Virus record (IMG/VR): IMGVR_UViG_3300023184_000037
Location: 64,001-128,000 of that record
DNA: 64,000 nucleotides
Source: a virus
Strand: one strand, 5' to 3'
The notes beneath the pieces are model-generated. The model saw only the letters and a program-made list of their open reading frames with translations, was not told the origin of the DNA and searched no databases. A program made the position numbers and the translations under genes. Shown one piece after another: positions 39,215 to 49,640 of this stretch. Every line of letters starts with the position of its first letter. The stretch's first letter is position 1.

Positions 39215-39307
39215 GTGGAACCTGATCCGAATTGCCTGCCTTTTTTTATTGGTATGATTGGTTTATTTTTTATAGTCATGATATTTGACGAATTTAAAAA
39301 ACATTAA
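39215..39307 (+). CDS. Possible 30-aa single-pass membrane peptide (not in ORF track)
   Basis: GTG start; MEPDPNCLPFFIGMIGLFFIVMIFDEFKKH. Confidence 0.35.
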   Translation: MEPDPNCLPFFIGMIGLFFIVMIFDEFKKH

Positions 39308-39357
39308 ACAAGAACCCCTCCTCAGGATAGAATCGGAGGACCTACTCATAAGAGTTT

Positions 39358-39384
39358 AACCTGTCAGTAATGACAGGTTTTTTT
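39358..39384 (+). terminator. Intrinsic terminator
   Basis: aacctgtca-gtaa-tgacaggtt then T run; GNRA loop. Confidence 0.85.
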
Positions 39385-39440
39385 ATGTGAAACAAAACCC
39401 CCTTTTTGTCTATAATACTTAAATAATATAAACAATAAAT

Positions 39441-40196
39441 ATGAAAATTAAAATTGACAAAGTAGACCAAAACAATTTCATCGGTTTTGTGAATAGACTT
39501 AAGGTTATCGATACCTTCATCTACTTTAAAATCAAGGATGAAGTGGTACAGGCATCCGCCTATCTTCCACAAAGAGATGCTGTTAAACATCACAGAGTTC
39601 CTGTGTCACAAGTATTCCAATTGGAAGATGGTGCTATTAACACATCAAAAGAATTAAAAATTGCATTCTTTGATGCGGGTCGTTTAACTGACGCATTTAA
39701 ACAATTTGAATTTGGAAATATCCAAGCTGAAATTGAATTTGTAGAAAATGACGAGGATTTTGTAGCAACTGAATTCCGTATTTTCAACAACGAATTAGAG
39801 ATTAAACTTGCGTGTTCCGAGCCTTCATTAGGTTATAAAGACCTTACAGATGCTCAAATTGCCGGAATCTTTAATATCGACGCAGCAAACTATGTATTTG
39901 ACATGGACTATACTGCAACTTCAAAAGTTCGTTCTCTTTTTGGATTGGACAAAGAAGAAACTTTCACTATTGCAACTAACACTGAAGGTGTAAGAATGAA
40001 AGGTAAAACTTACAACTACCTCGTTACAGACTCATTCCAAGGTAACAATCCTGGCAATGTAACTCTTTTCAAAAAATATTTAAACCTTTTAGACAAAGAA
40101 GATTATTCAGCAAATGTTATGGATAACCGAGTAGTATTGCGCTCAAAAGATTCAGAAACATTACTAACTATCGCTACTTGCCAAACTGCTGAATAA
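39441..40196 (+). CDS. gp45: Sliding clamp (T4 gp45-like)
   Basis: 251-aa alpha/beta pattern ending LDKEDYSANV...VVLRS...LLTIA; directly before polymerase C-subunit; promoter GAAAC 39389. Confidence 0.6.
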   Translation: MKIKIDKVDQNNFIGFVNRLKVIDTFIYFKIKDEVVQASAYLPQRDAVKHHRVPVSQVFQLEDGAINTSKELKIAFFDAGRLTDAFKQFEFGNIQAEIEFVENDEDFVATEFRIFNNELEIKLACSEPSLGYKDLTDAQIAGIFNIDAANYVFDMDYTATSKVRSLFGLDKEETFTIATNTEGVRMKGKTYNYLVTDSFQGNNPGNVTLFKKYLNLLDKEDYSANVMDNRVVLRSKDSETLLTIATCQTAE

Positions 40197-40199
40197 TTT

Positions 40200-41396
40200 A
40201 TGACAATCGACGAATTAATACTAAAACCAGAGAGTGAGTTATCACAGGATGAAATTAAAATCTTGGTTGAGCATTATTCTATGTTGTCAGCAAAGTTCGG
40301 TGCCTATGAGCAAGCAGTAAAAGTAATGCTTAACTCTATTTATGGTGCCTTTGGAAACAAATGGTTTCACTTTTTTAATATAGACATCGCAGAATCTATC
40401 ACCTTACAGGGACAGTCTGCGATTCTATATTCTGAAAAGATTCTAAACAAATATTTTCAAGAGTTTTGGAATAAAGACCGAGCAGTTCATGAGTTTTTTA
40501 ACATTCAAGTTAAGAACAAATTGGTTCGACCATCAGTAGTTTATATTGATACAGATTCATGTTACGTACAGTTTGAAGAGATGTATGAATCTATTGAATG
40601 GCTTGGAGACAAGCTAACAATTGACCAATTCATTATGAAATTGTACAACTTCAGACTTAAAGATTATATTTTTAAGTGCATGGAGAAATATGCGGAAGCA
40701 ACCAATACTGAAAACTTCCTCCAGTTTGAATTGGAAACTATTGCATACTCTGGAATTTGGTTGGCTAAGAAAAAATACTTGCAGAATCTCGCATGGGACG
40801 ATAAAATTGGAATTGATGACAGACACCCATCTCTTAAGAAGGTAAAAACTATCGGATTTGATACAATTCAAAGTTCAACTCCAGCTCTCGCAAGAAAGCA
40901 GTTGACGGAGATTCTTAAACTGATTCTTTCAGAAAAACCTACCGCTTCTTTATTGAAGAGACTTGTAGATTATTTGAAACAATGTAAAAAAGAATTTCAA
41001 TTAGCAAGTGTTGATGAGATATGTTTTAATAAAAGAACAAACAATCTTGAAAAATATATCGTAGATGATACGGTAGAATTTCAATATGGTTTAAAATGTC
41101 CGCCAAACGTAAAAGCCGCAGGTTTCTATAATTTCTTAATGAATCAAAATCCAAAGTTTAAGAACAAATATAAGATGATTGGTAACGGTGAAAAACTGAA
41201 ACTATATCACTGTAAACATGCAACTTGCGAGATATTTGCATACCAACCTGGAGCTCACCCTTATGAAATTGCACCGACAGTTGACTATGAAATGCAATTT
41301 GAAAAGAGTGTTATAGACCCATTGAACCGTGTTTTAACCGCAGTTGGACTGCACACATTAAATAGAAACTTAATTTATTCAACCTCATTATTTTAA
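40200..41396 (+). CDS. gp43B: DNA polymerase B, C-terminal subunit (motifs B, C, thumb)
   Basis: KVMLNSIYGAFG, ITLQGQ, YIDTDS, KKKY, QSSTP; C-terminal clamp-binding-like STSLF. Confidence 0.9.
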   Translation: MTIDELILKPESELSQDEIKILVEHYSMLSAKFGAYEQAVKVMLNSIYGAFGNKWFHFFNIDIAESITLQGQSAILYSEKILNKYFQEFWNKDRAVHEFFNIQVKNKLVRPSVVYIDTDSCYVQFEEMYESIEWLGDKLTIDQFIMKLYNFRLKDYIFKCMEKYAEATNTENFLQFELETIAYSGIWLAKKKYLQNLAWDDKIGIDDRHPSLKKVKTIGFDTIQSSTPALARKQLTEILKLILSEKPTASLLKRLVDYLKQCKKEFQLASVDEICFNKRTNNLEKYIVDDTVEFQYGLKCPPNVKAAGFYNFLMNQNPKFKNKYKMIGNGEKLKLYHCKHATCEIFAYQPGAHPYEIAPTVDYEMQFEKSVIDPLNRVLTAVGLHTLNRNLIYSTSLF

Positions 41397-41398
41397 TT

Positions 41399-41590
41399 AT
41401 GGATATCGATATCGAAGACTTAACGCCAGACCAAAAAGAATACGTCAATCATTATAAAAGAATCAATAGTAGACTTGAGGTTCTTATGACGCAAATGGCA
41501 ATAATACAAAATGAGACTAAAGTTCTAATAGAGGAACTTGAAGACCTCAGAAAAAAAGAAACAAAACAATACAAAAATGGCAAAAAATAA
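41399..41590 (+). CDS. Small coiled-coil hypothetical protein
   Basis: ORF within operon. Confidence 0.55.
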   Translation: MDIDIEDLTPDQKEYVNHYKRINSRLEVLMTQMAIIQNETKVLIEELEDLRKKETKQYKNGKK

Positions 41591-42695
41591 ATTTACATTT
41601 GACGACTTAAATGCAGAACTTGCGGGATTAAATCCATTAGGTTCTGTTATGGACAAATCAGACTTTTCTGAAGTTACTGAATGGATTCATACTGGAAATT
41701 ACCACTTAAACGCATGCCTATCTGGTAGTTTATTTGGTGGATGGCCAAACAACCGATCTTGCTCAATCGCTGGACCTTCAGGAACTGGTAAAACTTTCTT
41801 GACACTGAATTCAGTTCGAGAGGCAATTAACATGGGTTACTATGTAATCTATTATGATTCAGAAGCCGCAGTCGACAAAGACCAAATGCTAAAATTTGGT
41901 ATTGATGTAACTAAAGTTAACTACCAGCCTGTAAATACAGTGCAAGAGTTTAGAACTTCAGTAACTTCAATTACTCAAAAAATGCAAGAGGTTAAAAGAA
42001 AGGGCGGAGATATTCAAAAGATTATGATTATCTTGGATAGTGCTGGTAACCTTGCAACTGCAAAAGAAATCGAGGATGCTGCAACTGGAAGTGAAAAAGC
42101 TGATATGACACGTTCTAAAATTTTAAAGTCAATCTTTAGAATTATTATGACTCCATTAGCTGACTTAAAGATTCCTTTCCTATTCACAAATCACACATAC
42201 CAAACCCAAGATTTTATCTCACGACAAGTTGCCGGAGGTGGTACTGGACCTGAGTATGCCGCTTCAATAGTTCTTATGTTAAATAAGGCGCAATTGAAAG
42301 ATGGAGCTGAAAAGGTTGGTATCATTGTAAGCGCTAAGCCTGATAAGAATCGTTTTGCTAAACCTCATCCAATTAAATTCCATTTAGATTTTACTAAAGG
42401 TATGAACCCTTATGTTGGATTAGAACAATATGCAACATGGGATATTTGTGGAATCACTAGAGGTTCTATCGAGAAGGGTGTTAAAATTCCTAAAGCAACT
42501 GCAAGAGGATGGATTTGTAAACACTTAGATGAAACTGTTTCAAACGCAGAATTCTTTACTGAAAAGGTTTTCACCCAAGAAGTATTGGAGAAAATCAATG
42601 AGTACATTAAACCACTTTTTAACTACAACACGTCAGCAGAAACTCTTGATAACGAAATCGGAGAGTTACTAAATGATGACTTACACATGGAATAA
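41577..42695 (+). CDS. uvsX: RecA-like recombinase UvsX
   Basis: Start ATG 41577; GPSGTGKT, YDSE, LDSAGNL, ADMTR, TNHTY, GGGTG, KNRF. Confidence 0.9.
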   Translation: MAKNKFTFDDLNAELAGLNPLGSVMDKSDFSEVTEWIHTGNYHLNACLSGSLFGGWPNNRSCSIAGPSGTGKTFLTLNSVREAINMGYYVIYYDSEAAVDKDQMLKFGIDVTKVNYQPVNTVQEFRTSVTSITQKMQEVKRKGGDIQKIMIILDSAGNLATAKEIEDAATGSEKADMTRSKILKSIFRIIMTPLADLKIPFLFTNHTYQTQDFISRQVAGGGTGPEYAASIVLMLNKAQLKDGAEKVGIIVSAKPDKNRFAKPHPIKFHLDFTKGMNPYVGLEQYATWDICGITRGSIEKGVKIPKATARGWICKHLDETVSNAEFFTEKVFTQEVLEKINEYIKPLFNYNTSAETLDNEIGELLNDDLHME

Positions 42696-42696
42696 T

Positions 42697-43008
42697 ATGG
42701 AAGTAAATCTTAATCGACTAGATGAAGACAAACTACCCATAAAATATATTTTAGGCATCCATGAACAACTAGAAAGTTTTCCGGATGCCTTTGATATTAT
42801 CCATGTATATGTTGTCGAAACTATGAAAAAACCAGACCGACCAAGAATCAATTTTACAAAACATTCATTGATGACATATCATGCATGCGGTAATATTGAA
42901 AATGCGGAGAAGGGCCTACAACAAGCAATTGGACTTGGTTTAATTGAACAAACCCACTTCGAAGAGGGAAAAGAAGCATATAAAATATTAATGAACCCGT
43001 TCCAATAA
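42697..43008 (+). CDS. Hypothetical protein (possible winged helix)
   Basis: Likely start ATG 42697. Confidence 0.5.
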   Translation: MEVNLNRLDEDKLPIKYILGIHEQLESFPDAFDIIHVYVVETMKKPDRPRINFTKHSLMTYHACGNIENAEKGLQQAIGLGLIEQTHFEEGKEAYKILMNPFQ

Positions 43009-43048
43009 GAAACTTTACCCCAAACAGGCTTATAATCTAAAAAAATAT

Positions 43049-44362
43049 ATGAAATTCGGACAAGAACAAGAAAAAATATTCTTTAAGTTATCTTTGGCAA
43101 AACCAAAGTACTTAGAAAAAATAAAAAAAGGCTTTTATACTTCAGATGAAATAGATACGATGCATTTTCTTGCAACAAAGTTCTATGAGAAATTCCATGA
43201 GACTCCAAAAGCGGATCAAATGAAAATTCTTTCACAAAGTCCTAAATTTAAAGGAAAAGTTGATGAAAGAATTATTGAATTAGTTTACGACACGGATCTT
43301 ACTCAATATGATGAGGAGTGGCTAGTTTCTACTGCTGAGGCTTGGATTAAATGGAGAACATTCGATACGACCTTAATCGACACAATTGAGTACATTAAAA
43401 CGACTGAAGTAACTCCAGAAAATGCAGATTCTATAATCTCAAAAGTTAAAAGTTTAATCAATGACCGAAATTCAATTGTATTTAACTCGGACATTGGATT
43501 AGATTTCTTTAATCCAGAAGACCACCACCAAAAGAATGGTTCCAAAGTATCGACTGGATATAACTTTTTAGATAGATTACTTTCCGGAGGTTATGACAAA
43601 GATGGTTCATTGGTAGTTTATGTTGGAGAACAAAATATTGGTAAGTCTATTTTCTTAGCAAATGATGCTTCAAATTTTGTTAAAATGGGTGTTAACACTG
43701 CATTTGTTTCAGCAGAGATGGCAGCTCATAAAGTTCTTAAAAGAATTGGAGCAAACCTACTTACAATACCAATGAATGAATATGATGCCAAAGCCGAAAA
43801 TAAAGACTTAATGAAAAGAAAGCTTGAAAATGTAGGTGATGGTTTAACTCCACCAGGACAATTATTTGTTAAACAATTTCCAACATCACAAGCAACCGTA
43901 CCAGATATTGAAGCCTATTTAAAACAAATCGAAGAGGAACGTAAAATAAAACTAGGAGCTATTGTTATTGACTACATTAATATCTTAGCAAACCATAGAA
44001 ATCTAAACTCTGAAAATACATATCTTAAAATCAAACAAATTGCCGAAGATTTACGTGCAATGGGAGTAAGAAATGGTTGGTTGATAGTTACTGCAACACA
44101 GATTAATCGAAACAACTATAATTCAAGTGATATTGGAATGGGAGACGTTGCAGAATCCGCAGGTCTTTCACATACTGCAGATTTAATGCTTGGAATTATT
44201 CAAGATGATATTATGCGAGCATCATTTGAATACTGGCTTAAAGTCTTAAAAATTAGAGATGGTGAAGGTAAGGGCGTTAAATGCCGACTAGATATTAATT
44301 ATCAATATATGAGACTTACCGAAACTGACGATGTTACAAATTCAAACATACACAACTTATAA
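43049..44362 (+). CDS. gp41: Replicative helicase (T4 gp41/DnaB-like)
   Basis: GEQNIGKS, SAEM, VIDYINI, TATQINR, AESAGL, KIRDG; promoter GAAAC 43009. Confidence 0.92.
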   Translation: MKFGQEQEKIFFKLSLAKPKYLEKIKKGFYTSDEIDTMHFLATKFYEKFHETPKADQMKILSQSPKFKGKVDERIIELVYDTDLTQYDEEWLVSTAEAWIKWRTFDTTLIDTIEYIKTTEVTPENADSIISKVKSLINDRNSIVFNSDIGLDFFNPEDHHQKNGSKVSTGYNFLDRLLSGGYDKDGSLVVYVGEQNIGKSIFLANDASNFVKMGVNTAFVSAEMAAHKVLKRIGANLLTIPMNEYDAKAENKDLMKRKLENVGDGLTPPGQLFVKQFPTSQATVPDIEAYLKQIEEERKIKLGAIVIDYINILANHRNLNSENTYLKIKQIAEDLRAMGVRNGWLIVTATQINRNNYNSSDIGMGDVAESAGLSHTADLMLGIIQDDIMRASFEYWLKVLKIRDGEGKGVKCRLDINYQYMRLTETDDVTNSNIHNL

Positions 44363-44364
44363 AA

Positions 44365-44808
44365 ATGAGAACACAAAGAGATAAAATATTCGACAATACA
44401 TTTGCTGAGAGTGAATTTGAATTAGACAGTTCATTTTCTTTCGATATTGCACCAAGCTACTTAGACAACCGTGACGAAGAGGATAAAATTGAAACGCAAA
44501 TAATTATTACTAAAATCCACGAGTTAATTGAATCTTCTCGATTCAAACACTTTAATAACATCAATGAATTTAATGAGACTGTTAAATTAAAAAAGAATGA
44601 AATTAACGAAATCTATGAATTTATTTCAGATGAGCTCCGACCAAACCATTCAATCATTGAAGTATTTTCGGAATTGTGTGATTACTTTAATGTAAATCCA
44701 ACAAAATTCTACCAGTCACTAGGAAACAAATTTAAAGAGGAGCTAATCGAGGTATTAGACAAGAAGACAAACGTACTAAAGAAAAAGCATATAAATAGAT
44801 TATTCTAA
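44365..44808 (+). CDS. Hypothetical; C-terminus resembles gp33 late transcription co-activator
   Basis: SIIEVFSELCDYFNVNPTKFYQSLGNKFKEELIE. Confidence 0.35.
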   Translation: MRTQRDKIFDNTFAESEFELDSSFSFDIAPSYLDNRDEEDKIETQIIITKIHELIESSRFKHFNNINEFNETVKLKKNEINEIYEFISDELRPNHSIIEVFSELCDYFNVNPTKFYQSLGNKFKEELIEVLDKKTNVLKKKHINRLF

Positions 44809-44810
44809 AT

Positions 44811-45923
44811 ATGATTCAACAAGCAAATTTAAACAAGCCAGTTAAAAGAATTTGGATTCTAGGTGATATGCACTTGGGAGTCCGATCGAGTTCTTTGGAA
44901 TGGTTAGAAATGCAAAAAGATTTTTATGACAACCAATTTATTCCGACCCTATTAGAAAATTATGAAGAGGGAGATATTTTGGTTCAAGTTGGAGATGCTT
45001 TCGATAATAGACAAAGTGTAAACATTAGAGTACTACATTATGCAATTGACCTTTTTGAAAGGTTAGGAAATATCCTACCGACCCACGTAATCTGTGGAAA
45101 CCACGATATCTGGGCAAAAAAGAGTAATGATGTAAGTTCTATTGATGCACTTAAATGGATTCCAAATGTAAGTATTTACAAAGAACCTCAAACATTCCAT
45201 TGGGGTGGACGGGAAGTCTTATTGATGCCATGGAGGCGAGATACTGAACATGAGATCGAAACTTTAGATGCTTACCCAAATGCTGAAATTGTATTTTGCC
45301 ATTCAGAAGTTCGAGGTATTAAATTAAATAAGAAGGTTGATAATCACCACGGAACAGATTCAACATCATACGACCGATTTACTGCAGTTTATTCAGGACA
45401 TATTCATTATAGACAGAGGCGAGGCCAATTAAGAATGGTTGGAACTCCATACGAACTTACCCGTTCTGATATGGATAACACTAAAGGATTTGACTTGGTT
45501 AATTTAGAAGACATGCAGGAAACTTTCTTTGAGAATACAATATCACCAAAGTTTGTTAAATTCAATCTAACTAATCTTTATAATACACCTCTTGGAGAAT
45601 TTAAAGATGCTATTAGAAACAATTTTGTAGACCTTTATGTTCCATCGAATATTGCAACCACATCGGCTCTTTCGCGACTGATTAATAAAGTACAAACAAT
45701 AAGTAGAAAAATTGACCCCAATATCTACGAACAAGACACATTCTTAGACGAGGATTCATACGACATGGACCAGATCGAGGACCTATACAAAAATTATAAT
45801 ATCCTACATCTTTGTAATATCTATGTTGATAATACTGTACATGCCGAAGATGTTAAAACGCAAATCAAAGATCGTTTAAAGAAACTTCACGATTTTTATG
45901 CGTATAATAATCAAATGGATTAA
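44811..45923 (+). CDS. gp47: Mre11/SbcD-like nuclease (T4 gp47)
   Basis: GDMHLG, GDAFD, GNHD, SGHIH. Confidence 0.9.
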   Translation: MIQQANLNKPVKRIWILGDMHLGVRSSSLEWLEMQKDFYDNQFIPTLLENYEEGDILVQVGDAFDNRQSVNIRVLHYAIDLFERLGNILPTHVICGNHDIWAKKSNDVSSIDALKWIPNVSIYKEPQTFHWGGREVLLMPWRRDTEHEIETLDAYPNAEIVFCHSEVRGIKLNKKVDNHHGTDSTSYDRFTAVYSGHIHYRQRRGQLRMVGTPYELTRSDMDNTKGFDLVNLEDMQETFFENTISPKFVKFNLTNLYNTPLGEFKDAIRNNFVDLYVPSNIATTSALSRLINKVQTISRKIDPNIYEQDTFLDEDSYDMDQIEDLYKNYNILHLCNIYVDNTVHAEDVKTQIKDRLKKLHDFYAYNNQMD

Positions 45924-45925
45924 AT

Positions 45926-47599
45926 ATGAAAATACAAAGTATTGAACTTAAAAACTTTGCATCTTACGGTAATCAAGTTCAAACTATAAGATTTGAAGAT
46001 GATAAATCTGAACTATTTTTAACACTAGGAAAAAATGGTGAAGGCAAAACAACTATTGCTAACGCGATAGTTTTTGCGCTTTACGGTAAAGTCGAAGGTG
46101 TTAAAATGTCCGACCTTCCAAATCGAATTAATAAAGAACTTTGGGTCCGAATAACACTACAATGTAAAAGTATTACTGTTGTTATAGAACGAGGACTTGC
46201 TCCTGGAATTTTTAAAGTACTCCTAAATGGAATTGAATTTGACAAGGCAGGAAAACGTTCAGTACAAGAATATCTTGAAGAGGAAATCTATGGAATTCCA
46301 TATCATGTATTCAAAAACATCATTATTCTTTCTGTTAATGACTTTAAGTCTTTTTTAACGATGAGTAATAGTGACAAGCGCCAAATTATCGACAAAATGT
46401 TTGGATTCTCTATCTTAAATGATATGCAAAATGCTCTTAAAGAGGAGAGACGAAACCTCAAAAGTGATATTGATGGATTTGCTAGAGAATTGGTACAAAT
46501 AAATGAAAACATAAAACAGGTTCAAATTAAATTGGACCAATTAATGGCCGAAAGCCAAGAAAAGGACAAAAAGAAAATTCAGCATCTTAAAGACTCTCTT
46601 GTTAAATATGATGAGAGTAAAAAGAAGTTAGAAGAGGCTCAAGGTAAAATTACTGCAAGTATCAAAGGTTTAAATTTAGACCTACAAACAAAACAATCTA
46701 CTGAAACTGAACTTAAGTTTAAAATAACCGAACTTAAAAAGAAATTAGAATTGTATGAGAATAATGCATGCCCAACCTGTGAACATGAACTTACTGGAGA
46801 ATTTCATAACTCTAGAAAAGACGAACTTGAATCCGAACTAAAGGATATTCCAAGTCGACTTCTAGAAGTTTCAAAAGAAGTTTCAAACATAAAGGATTCT
46901 ATTAGCGATCTTAGAGACAAGGACAGCGCTGTTCGTGACAAAGTATCTTCACTAAATACAAACATTGCAAACTTTAAAAGGGAACTTTTATCAATTTCGG
47001 CAGCAATTAAAGGTTCTACTGATTTCTCCCACATGGAGCAAATTATTGCTGACTTTGAAACACAAGAATTGGAGAAAGGAAATCTAAAAGATACTAAAAC
47101 AATCGACTATAATTTTTTAGAAATGGTTGAAGAGGTTCTTGGAGAGGATGGAGTTAAAAATCTTGCTATCAAGACTATATTGCCAGGATTGAATGCAAAC
47201 ATTGCAGCTATGACCCAGACAATGCACCTTCACTTCCACCTCAGGTTTGATGAGAAATTCAATTGTATTATCAATCACTTAGGGGAGGAGATTAATCCAA
47301 TGACCCTTTCAACAGGTGAACGTAAGAAGGCAGACTTTATAATTATTATTGCAATTATTAAAATCTTAAAGTTAAGATTCCCACAATTAAATCTGCTTTT
47401 CTTAGATGAGTTGTTAAGTTCGGTTGATCAGGACGGGATCCATAATATTCTAAAAATCTTGAGTGGAGTAATTAAAGAGAGTAAAATAAATTGTTTTGTG
47501 ATTAACCATACACCGTTACCTCATGAGATATTTGATAAAAAGATTCAAATTTTCAGAGAAAATGGATTCTCTAAGTTTGATATTGAACTAATAGAATAA
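45926..47599 (+). CDS. gp46: Rad50/SbcC-like ATPase (T4 gp46)
   Basis: GKNGEGKTT, zinc hook CPTC, LSTGE, LFLDE. Confidence 0.92.
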   Translation: MKIQSIELKNFASYGNQVQTIRFEDDKSELFLTLGKNGEGKTTIANAIVFALYGKVEGVKMSDLPNRINKELWVRITLQCKSITVVIERGLAPGIFKVLLNGIEFDKAGKRSVQEYLEEEIYGIPYHVFKNIIILSVNDFKSFLTMSNSDKRQIIDKMFGFSILNDMQNALKEERRNLKSDIDGFARELVQINENIKQVQIKLDQLMAESQEKDKKKIQHLKDSLVKYDESKKKLEEAQGKITASIKGLNLDLQTKQSTETELKFKITELKKKLELYENNACPTCEHELTGEFHNSRKDELESELKDIPSRLLEVSKEVSNIKDSISDLRDKDSAVRDKVSSLNTNIANFKRELLSISAAIKGSTDFSHMEQIIADFETQELEKGNLKDTKTIDYNFLEMVEEVLGEDGVKNLAIKTILPGLNANIAAMTQTMHLHFHLRFDEKFNCIINHLGEEINPMTLSTGERKKADFIIIIAIIKILKLRFPQLNLLFLDELLSSVDQDGIHNILKILSGVIKESKINCFVINHTPLPHEIFDKKIQIFRENGFSKFDIELIE

Positions 47600-47611
47600 G
47601 ATATATACTTA

Positions 47612-48433
47612 ATGGCAAACTATAACCAAAAATTTAACTCTGACGATAGTGTAATTAGACACATCATTATTGGATTTTTAGCCGATTTGAATGCTAAATT
47701 GTATTTTCATCGACAGTTATCTAATTCTGAAAGAATTGTCGTAGATGTTCCATTCTACTACTCAATAACTGGAGATGACCAGTTTCTGAGAGACCAGTTC
47801 CTTTTTTCAACGGCATCTGGACCTTTTTGTATGCCCGATAAGGCGCATGCTGACGCAAATTACGATATTGTACCAAGAGGAATTGTAAGCCTTTCAGGCC
47901 TTACTATTGATTCTGCTAAATTGGTTAATAAAAGAACCATGGGTAATTATACAAAAATGAACCCTGAAGGAATCGTAGAAGCCTATGTTGCAGAATTTGA
48001 CATGATTCCGATAACTATGAGTTTTGATATTGAAATACTAACATCATCAACATTAGATTCTTTTAAAATAGTCGAAGCAATTATTAAAAGAATGTACAAA
48101 TCAAATTACTTTAATGTTGAAGTTGGCCATTTAGAAGAGGGTAACTATAGAATTGCATCATATTACGCGCTTCCAGAAGATTACAGTATGGAAAGACCTA
48201 TAGGATTTACATACGAAGACAAAGACAAATATAAAATAAGTGTTCCAATCGAAGTTAACTCATTCCTTCCAGCATTTAACTGGGGTAATGAACAAAGTTT
48301 TGGTATTAACAAACGATCTACCGAACAATTTGCAGGAAACCGAATGTTTACAATTGATACAAATGTGATTAATAAAACATCCAATGAGGAAAGCAATAGG
48401 GTTATCGATGAAACCGATTTTGATAATAGGTAA
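47612..48433 (+). CDS. gp15: Tail sheath terminator/stabiliser (T4 gp15-like)
   Basis: VIRHIIIGF, VDVPFYY, VPRG, PITMSFDIEI, KIVEAII. Confidence 0.6.
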   Translation: MANYNQKFNSDDSVIRHIIIGFLADLNAKLYFHRQLSNSERIVVDVPFYYSITGDDQFLRDQFLFSTASGPFCMPDKAHADANYDIVPRGIVSLSGLTIDSAKLVNKRTMGNYTKMNPEGIVEAYVAEFDMIPITMSFDIEILTSSTLDSFKIVEAIIKRMYKSNYFNVEVGHLEEGNYRIASYYALPEDYSMERPIGFTYEDKDKYKISVPIEVNSFLPAFNWGNEQSFGINKRSTEQFAGNRMFTIDTNVINKTSNEESNRVIDETDFDNR

Positions 48434-48471
48434 ATAATTAATGATATATAAATAAAATAAAATAAAACAAT

Positions 48472-49524
48472 ATGACAACTAATATTCTTGCACCATTTGT
48501 TAAATTAGACGAATCTTTTCAGTTTTATGTAAGCGGAAGATTATTCGAAATGAGTGAAACAGAAATTAAGGAAGTTGAAGGTACTAACAATTCAACCCTA
48601 ATTAATGCAATTAATGCATTTGAATCTTTTCAATTTACAGAAGATTCAGTAAGATGGTTCCATGGACCAAGCAAATTTATTTACAATTTAACTGAAGGAG
48701 TTTTCCAACATAACAATTCAGAAATTATTGGAAATTCATTCTCAAATCACGTAATGGCTGCCGGTCATATTAGATATGCTGAAAAACCAATTGCTGAATT
48801 ATTTGAATCTCTTCCAACCCTATTAGAGAACTTTGTAACTCTTGATTTTGCTGCAACTTTTGAAGGAAATGAAGTAACTGTAAATCTTTTTAAATTAAAC
48901 GAAGAAGTTTACGTTGCACGTTACAACAAAGCAAACAAAATTGCAAAATTCTTTAAAGCAAAAAATGCTAATGAAGCAGTTGAATATGTTACTAAAGAAA
49001 CTGGAGAATCTGCACTTTCTTTCTTAAAAGAAATGGTTGAAGGACAATCTGCTGAACTTGCACTTAAAGAGCAAAAACTTGCAACTTACGAATCAATGAT
49101 TTCTTTCTTAAAAGACCAAAAAGGTTTATTGTCAACCGCTGATAGAAGCGATGCTGCTATTAAAGAGGCTGAGTCCCTAATCAATGGAGAAATCAAAGTA
49201 TGGGAGGACAAGATTGCTCAATTAGATGAAGCCGTTAAATTTATTGATTATAAATTTAATTCTCACAAAGTTCATAATCCATCTTGTGATATTATAGAAG
49301 GACATTTAGACAAAGATACTTATATATGTTATGGAATCTATGTTAAAGATAGTGGTTCTAAAAAGGTCGGACAAGAATTCATGGAGTACTATACAGGTGA
49401 AAACTATAAGTCAGGTTCTTTAAAAAGATCCAACTCTAGATATTATGAACCTGATACAATTCCAGCAAAATATTTAGCCGCTTGGAACGAGTTAAAGTCT
49501 AAATATGAAAATGAATACAAATAA
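48472..49524 (+). CDS. Hypothetical late/virion protein with appended C-terminal module
   Basis: Late promoter 48443; coiled coil ends KIAQLDE, then ~95-aa Tyr/Lys-rich segment. Confidence 0.55.
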   Translation: MTTNILAPFVKLDESFQFYVSGRLFEMSETEIKEVEGTNNSTLINAINAFESFQFTEDSVRWFHGPSKFIYNLTEGVFQHNNSEIIGNSFSNHVMAAGHIRYAEKPIAELFESLPTLLENFVTLDFAATFEGNEVTVNLFKLNEEVYVARYNKANKIAKFFKAKNANEAVEYVTKETGESALSFLKEMVEGQSAELALKEQKLATYESMISFLKDQKGLLSTADRSDAAIKEAESLINGEIKVWEDKIAQLDEAVKFIDYKFNSHKVHNPSCDIIEGHLDKDTYICYGIYVKDSGSKKVGQEFMEYYTGENYKSGSLKRSNSRYYEPDTIPAKYLAAWNELKSKYENEYK

Positions 49525-49547
49525 GATAGTATAAATATATTAAATTT

Positions 49548-49573
49548 TAAAGGGGTCGCCAAGCGTCCCCTTT
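49548..49573 (+). terminator. Terminator-like hairpin
   Basis: aaagggg-tcgccaagcgt-ccccttt. Confidence 0.55.
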
Positions 49574-49640
49574 GGTGTCTAGACTGGAATTGAAACAGAA
49601 TCAATAATCCATTATATAAACCTAAACTAAATAAATTAAA

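Noticed and set aside
33899-40199. Intron or intein explaining the polymerase split
   Set aside because: The interval holds ordinary genes, promoters and terminators; no intein terminal residues or group I core recognised
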